Assembly (NCBI GenBank): GCA_964016885.1
Contig: OZ024742.1
Span: 131,440,001 to 131,504,000, forward strand
DNA from: Eledone cirrhosa
Lineage: Eukaryota
DNA: 64,000 nt
Reading direction: 5' to 3'
The notes beneath the pieces are model-generated. The model made no database searches. It was not told the origin of the DNA and saw only the letters and a program-made list of their open reading frames with translations. The translations under genes and the position numbers were made by a program. How positions within the stretch are numbered: the first letter of the stretch is position 1; each line of letters opens with the position of its first letter. Shown in pieces: positions 57,388-64,000 of the stretch.

Positions 57388-57430
<43 letters not shown>

Positions 57431-57458
57431 GTTAATTTTATAATTTTCTTATTTTACG

Positions 57459-57514
<56 letters not shown>

Positions 57515-57581
57515 TATATATATATGTAAGTATGTATGTATAGGTACATACATATATGTATACAGACGTACAGTAGCATGC

Positions 57582-57612
<31 letters not shown>

Positions 57613-57763
57613 CAGGTACACATACATATATGTACGTATCAGTTTAGCGGACGCTTATTATAACGCCCGATTTGTTCGTTTGTAAACAAACTGAACAGCC
57701 TGAATTTATGCCGTACGGTGTTAAGGCATCCACGTCACCTTTTTGTTCAACACTGACACAGGA

Positions 57764-57806
57764 ACGATGTACTAGTTTCAAGCTTGTTAGCTATCATCAG
57801 CACCGT
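57764..57806 (-). ncRNA. Minimal type I hammerhead ribozyme motif
   Basis: Exact mirror of 57947-57989. Confidence 0.85.
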
Positions 57807-57946
57807 ATACCCTTCTGCCAGATGGTTGAACGTTCGAAAGTATATACTTTCCTTATGAAAATTAACGGCTGAGCAGCCCAATTTGCATATCGAGTGAGTT
57901 CGAAAGTATATACTTTCGAACGCTCAACCATCTGGCAGAAGGGTAT

Positions 57947-57989
57947 ACGGTGCTGATGATAGCTAACAAGCTTGAAACTAGTACATCGT
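57947..57989 (+). ncRNA. Minimal type I hammerhead ribozyme motif
   Basis: acggtg CTGATGA t-agc taacaa gct-t GAAAC ta GTA catcgt; palindromic ACTAGT. Confidence 0.85.
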
Positions 57990-58140
57990 TCCTGTGTCAG
58001 TGTTGAACAAAAAGGTGACGTGGTTGCCTTAACACCGTACGGCATAAATTCAGGCTGTTCAGTTTGTTTACAAAAGAACAAAGCGGGCGTTATAATAAGC
58101 GTCCGCTAAACTGATACGTACATATATGTATGTGTACCTG

Positions 58141-58184
<44 letters not shown>

Positions 58185-58307
58185 TGCTACTGTACGTCTG
58201 TATACATATATGTATGTACGTATACATACATACTTACATTTAAGTAAGTGCCGATAAGAGTGAGAAATGAAATTTCGTTTTCATTTTATTACAACTTATA
58301 TATATAT

Positions 58308-58404
<97 letters not shown>

Positions 58405-58778
58405 AATATAAGTGTATATATCCAATCACGAAAGAGAGATTAGAGATTAGTTTGTGAGAATTATAAGCCAGTAGCGAAGGAGACAGTGTGCTCAATACGT
58501 ATAAGATGCATGGCAAGCATGCAGTGAAAGCAAGCAAGAGAAATTCAAGCCATGCAATAAGTATATAGGCAGGGCGTAAACTAAAAAAAATTAAAAAGTT
58601 GGAAATTAAAAAATAAACAACCAAAATTCTTGAAAAAATATGTATATGTTTACAACTGTTTCAGACGACAAAATTACAATTCGATCCATCAGATTAAGAC
58701 CTATCAATATATGAATCAATAGGCCTTAGTGACGACAAAACGAATTGTGATTTTCTCCTACTATAATTTATATATATA

Positions 58779-58846
<68 letters not shown>

Positions 58847-59279
58847 AATTGGTAGAGTTGCATGGACATCGGATAGATTACTTTATGGAATTCGTTCCGG
58901 CTCTCTGCTCTCTGAGTTCAAATCCTGCCAAGGTCAACTTTGTCGTTCATCCTTTCGAGGTCGATAAAAAAAGTGCCAGTATAGTACTTGGTCGATTCTT
59001 ACTCCATGTCTCTTTTTTCAATTCCTCTCTTTCTCTCTCTCTCTCTCGCACTTTCTGTCTTTCTCTGGAAGAAATCTGCTGTACTCAGGTCTGGAGAGGA
59101 AGGGGCTCCACCAGTCTTAAAATGCCCAAGAAACGTTGTATGTCAATATGGTGCCCCTACGACTCTATCAGTAGTTACCCGACCATATACACACACACAC
59201 ACACACAGATACATATATATATATATATATGTATGCATACAGACAGACTCGTATATGTAATATATTTGTATATATCCAT

Positions 59280-59328
<49 letters not shown>

Positions 59329-59581
59329 ATGCGCGTGGCTGAGTGGGTAGAGAATTGGATTCGCAATCGTGATTCCAGGACCGGGTGATGCGTTATGTCC
59401 TTGAGCAAGACACTTTATTTCACGTTACTCCTTCTACCTGGAGTTGCGACCGATAGATAATATTAGCAATTGGAAAAACCAATGGAAACATTGTTTCCTC
59501 GGACCGATTGGACAAAGAAAAGTCGATCGACTGTCGATATATAGTGTGCGTATATCTTTTTATCCACCTCTCTCCCTCTCT

Positions 59582-59663
<82 letters not shown>

Positions 59664-59665
<2 letters not shown>

Positions 59666-59849
59666 TAAAACGAAAAGAAAATACTGACAAATTGTTCCCA
59701 TTGAAAAATAGTTTAATTATGAATAAGTAAAAATTAGTAATAGTATTGGTTAGTATTCAGTTTTGGTTTTAAGTTTTACCGGTTGCGCATTTCTAATGCA
59801 TTTCAAAAATAATTTTGAGATAGAGCGCCCGTGATGTTTGCTCTAATCT
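59664..59849. repeat. Solo arm of the 22897-23287 palindrome family
   Basis: Aligns to 22903-23091 and stops at the palindrome centre. Confidence 0.9.
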
Positions 59850-59851
59850 AC

Positions 59852-59891
<40 letters not shown>

Positions 59892-60659
59892 ATTTATTTT
59901 CAATTCGCTACCAGTATATGATTTCCGTAATTCTATGCGTTTGATTTGTCTATAAGAGTATTCTTTGTCGATTTCTACTTTGAACAATCAGCCGTTTGAC
60001 CAACCGAAATGAATTCCTACTCGTGATATTAACAAGCAAACCATATACCGTCACATGTATCTTTTGCCCAATTATCAGGCTAAATCAACCAGTGGTTTTG
60101 AACTACAAGTACCTTCCAGTGAGGGAGGGAGGAAGAGAGATAACGAGAGAAGATAGCAAGGAAAATCAACTCTAATATTTCACAGGTACTTTGTTTTTCG
60201 ATCTCTAAAATAGAAAAAATGTGTTTTAAAATCAGAGTCACCGAGAGCAGGAAAGAACAACGCAATGCATTTTGGGGAATAATGTAAAAAGAATAACAAA
60301 AAAAGAAACAAAAATAAAATTATCTCATAACAAAGTTTAAAATATGCGAGGTGTATGTTTTTTGTGTCTTAATCGGATATTCCAAACCTGGATGGAAAAG
60401 GGATACAAGAAAAACAAAACGTGTCAGTGAAACTTAATATTTACTTCAAAGTGCACACATGTATTATGCTCTCAACTCAAGGAACACATACAAGCATTCA
60501 CAGTTTATGTGTCATTGGTTGAGCATTTTCAAGACTCGTGTACATTTAATATAATTCTCAGGGAAAGCTATCTACGAAACAAAAGTAAAGTGGAAACGGA
60601 CAGTTTTTTATATTGTTCAAAAACTTATAATTAATTCCTCATACCCATTAATTCCTCAA

Positions 60660-62015
60660 ACACTACTTCCAATGGGTCCTGTCAGAAGCAACCATTTCCA
60701 ACTGATCCAGCTGGTTTTGATTTAGCACCATTTATCCAAACAGAAAAATCAAGGCAACAAGAAGCTGATCATCGATCCCATACTCCTGCTGAACCTCCCC
60801 CAGCAGGTCGCGTGGAATGCGGTCATAGGCCTTTTTGAGGTCTACAAATCAAGAATATACATCTTGGCAGTTCTCTCAAAATTTATTGAAGACTTGCCGC
60901 AGTGTGGATATTTAGTCGGCTGTGCTCCGTCCAGAGCAAAACCACACACTTCCTTAGCTAGCTTGAACTCGACAATCTCCCTACATCTCTTTGCTAGACA
61001 TTTAAACATAGTCTTTAACGGGGAGGGTTAAAAAGGAGATCCCTCTATAATTAGATCAATCTATCTTGTCTCCCTTTTTTAAAATAGGGATATCCCACCC
61101 GATTGCCACTGTTTAGGTGCCATTCTAGAGATCCAGGCCACTTTGCACACAGAAGCCAACCAAAGAATACATTCTCTATTCAAAGCTATTAACATCTCGG
61201 ACCAAATTTAATCCTCCATAACGAACTTTCTACATTTGAGCTCTTTAACTACTCTTGTGACCTCAGGCTCAGAGAGATTCGTCGTCGCTCCTAGATACAC
61301 CTCGTGTACATCAGAAGTTGCTGTTGTGATCGTGTTTAGGAGATCAGAAAGTATTTTATATACCTCGCAAGGATACACCTCTCTGGAGAGAGGAGAACCC
61401 CAGGCGCATTCCTGAGAGAAGATATGGAGGATGACATCTTATTACGAAGTCGGTGGATGGTATGGCAGAACAGTTTATTTTCTGAAGTCGGATTTCAGAT
61501 TGACCTCAGTCTTAACGGCATTACTGTTTCTGCTACGATTCTTGTATCGCAAGTTCAAGAATGAGGAAGTATTTCAAAGTCAAGCATTGTAGGCCTCCTT
61601 CTTTGATCGATTGACATCTTAGACCTCTTGATTGCTCCAATGGGTTCTCCTGCAATCTGGCGCCACACCAAGCCACTTTTGCCCGCAGCATTTAAAAGCT
61701 GAAGCAGAAAGAGCTGAGCTGACCAATCTCCACTAGATTTCAATGTCCTCAGTTTGCTCAGGGATTTCTCTCTATTTCAATGTAATAGTATTTGCATACC
61801 TGATCCTGACGTTTTTAGCCATCAACACTTTCCACTTTATCCTGTAGGGAGAGCTGAACCTGCCACTTCTGTGGGCTTCTTTGGCTTTATGTAGGCTCAG
61901 ATTGCAGATAATTAAAGGGTGATCAGTTGACAGCTCAGCTCCTCTATTAACGTGAACATCCAGCACAGAATCGAAGAGATCAGAGACAATAACGAAATCA
62001 ATTATAATAGAGAGT
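60660..62015 (-). mobile_element. Degenerate, internally deleted RTE-type LINE
   Basis: DVHVNRGAELSTDH (APE end); FVDLKKAYDRIPRDLL (RT). Confidence 0.82.
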
Positions 62016-62070
62016 CCATTGCTAGAATAGGAATCTAATAAGGCCTTTCCTTTCGTATTTATATATATAT

Positions 62071-62290
62071 AAGTAGTAATACAACAGTTAGTTTACCATA
62101 CCGAGAACAATTGTTTCACCTTATGCGGATCTTCAGCTCGGACTGCTCATGGTTCCTTATAACCATGACCAGTCCGAGGTGAAGATCCGCATAAGGTGAA
62201 ACACTTGTTCTCGGTATGGTGAACTAACTGCTGTATTACTACTTCTACTAAACTCGTCCCAAGGACTTAGTGCTCTACCACTACGGATGT
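62071..62290. repeat. Fold-back element (arms 62071-62154 and 62161-62244, plus extension)
   Basis: Reverse-complement arms; (TA)n on the left, (CT)n on the right. Confidence 0.9.
62101..62141 (-). ncRNA. Minimal type I hammerhead motif (mirror copy 62174-62214 is mutated)
   Basis: ccgag CTGAAGA t-cc gcataa gg-t GAAAC aatt GTT ctcgg; palindromic ACAATTGT. Confidence 0.82.
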
Positions 62291-62310
62291 TACCTTCCAG
62301 TGTTCTACCC

Positions 62311-62366
<56 letters not shown>

Positions 62367-62429
62367 CTCTCTCCATCTCTCTCCCCCCCCCTCTCTCTCT
62401 ATATATATATATGAACGTATATATATATA

Positions 62430-63300
62430 ATCATTAGGACATCTGACTGATAAAATGACAAGTCAGTCAATCATACTTGTGGCCTTCCCACAGCCCCGGC
62501 GGACAGAATGGAGAAGGCGTTTCCCCGGAGGACGCCAAGGGAGACGGGCTGGAAAAGTCATTCCAATTTGCGGGGCTCACACCTTCGGCTGGACAGCTCA
62601 GCGCCTATGGTGGTGAGTAAGGAGGTAGCCCTGGGGCCGAAGACTCCAGAAGTTTCCACTGCCAGGGGAACGACCGCAAATCTGTCGGAGAGCGACCGGT
62701 ATTTGAGGAGTTTGGCTCCCTCAGCCCGGCGTGCAGCAGAACCTGGGTCAGTCGCAGACTGCACCAGGTTGCGGCTGCAGAAAGTGTCGGTGCAATTGGC
62801 ATCCCAGACGAGGGGTTTGCCACCGCGTAACGGGAAGATGGTTATGCCATCTGGCCTTTTGCCGTCCCCTCGATCCAGCCCCACCGGCTCGAATTGGGAA
62901 GGGAAGTCTGCAGCGTCCAAGCCATACTTAATGACCTCGTTGAGGGCAGTATGGCGTGGAATGTGGCCGGCACTGTGGCGACAGGAAAGCGGGTGGAGGC
63001 CGAAAGAGTCTACGGTGGAACCGCAGCGACAATGGTGTGGCTGGCACATCCGGAGGCCGAGCCTCAGGGAAACGCCGATTCGCAGGCTATGGTTGTCTAG
63101 CTGCGTGCCAGTGGAGAAGGAGGGCAGAACATGGAGCCAGGCACCACTGTGGGGTTTGGAGGCCGCACGAAAACAAGCAAGGGGTGCTGGTCGAGCTGGC
63201 GCGTGAGCCTGTCTGAGGCCAGGCTGCACTGAATGGCATCCCATGTGCGTTGGGGGGACTTGACGTCAACATGGGGATGAGAAGGAGGGACGTCTACTGG
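62430..63300 (-). mobile_element. CRE-clade non-LTR retrotransposon 3' fragment (CCHC + RLE)
   Basis: WLHVLP..LRLG, CRCG..D.FGLHPLSC, RH.ALN, EP..RPDG, WD, PLAVETSG.FG, RGNA; 3' end abuts (TA)n. Confidence 0.9.
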
Positions 63301-63558
63301 GCATTTAATTTGAAAAGGGGAGCAAATTAAAAGGAAAATAATTGATCTGGCCATATGCTGGAAGAAATTGAACTCAACACAGAAGCACCTAATTAAATAC
63401 AGTAAAGGAATTCTGTCCTACCTTCTTCCACGAAATCCATATTATCATTGCAGAACTATTTCTCTTTCTCCCCTCCTCTCTATCTGGCCTCTCTCTTCCC
63501 ACTCCCCCCTCCCCCCCATCTCTCTCGTTCTTCCTACAACCCCATACACAAACATATT

Positions 63559-63608
<50 letters not shown>

Positions 63609-64000
63609 TGTATATATATATATATATATATCTATATATATCTCTATATATATATACATATATATATATATCTTCCTACCTCCACTTATATATATTTAAT
63701 TCTAATACATATATATATATATATACTTAATTCTTATATATATATATATATAGTAGAATTAACTTGAAACGTGTACCTCTCTGTCTACATGTGTATATTG
63801 TGTGTGCGTGTATTTTGTATAAAGCGAAACATTTTCTGAAAATACTTGTACTCATTGATAGTTGAAATTCTTTTAGATTTATTGAGAAAATTTAATTATC
63901 ACAGTCTGCATGAAGTCTAATTTAAAACTTGCTGTTAATTATCGTTGAGAGCTTTCAGCATTTATTATCTAGATACTTCAATTCGTTTCTTATTCAATGT

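Larger units (their letters stand above)
57523..58297. repeat. Fold-back element with ~330-bp arms (including a mirrored microsatellite) and 3' extension
   Basis: 57523-57851 versus 57901-58239; extension resembles 27540-27595. Confidence 0.93.

Noticed and set aside
62508-63206. 232-aa plus-strand ORF
   Set aside because: Antisense shadow of the GC-rich CRE endonuclease frame

Overview
Eukaryotic, AT-rich, repeat-saturated DNA with no confidently supportable host gene. The SINE sequences and the extreme (TA)n/(CA)n/(TATG)n load resemble octopod cephalopod DNA; this is inferred from remembered repeat families and was not checked. Most ORF-track entries are microsatellite artefacts. Real coding remnants all belong to transposons: an apparently full-length, frameshifted Penelope-like element (RT + GIY-YIG, Naiad-like, 52113-55900), a second Penelope fragment, Tx1/L1, RTE, R4/Dong-like and CRE-like LINE pieces, and a Tc1-like scrap. 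There are also tRNA-derived SINEs, non-autonomous Helitrons and a piggyBac-type MITE. The main signal is a set of short non-coding fold-back or partial-tandem elements embedded in (TA)n. Many carry type I hammerhead ribozyme motifs (CUGANGA...GAAA..NUH, usually with a palindromic stem III). By-eye reading finds 6 intact-looking motifs, one imperfect one and several decayed ones, in sequence-distinct families, next to the Penelope element type that would mobilise them. A candidate HDV-like ribozyme sits at the 5' end of a non-autonomous RTE-like family. All alignments and folds were done by eye and coordinates are approximate to a few bases.
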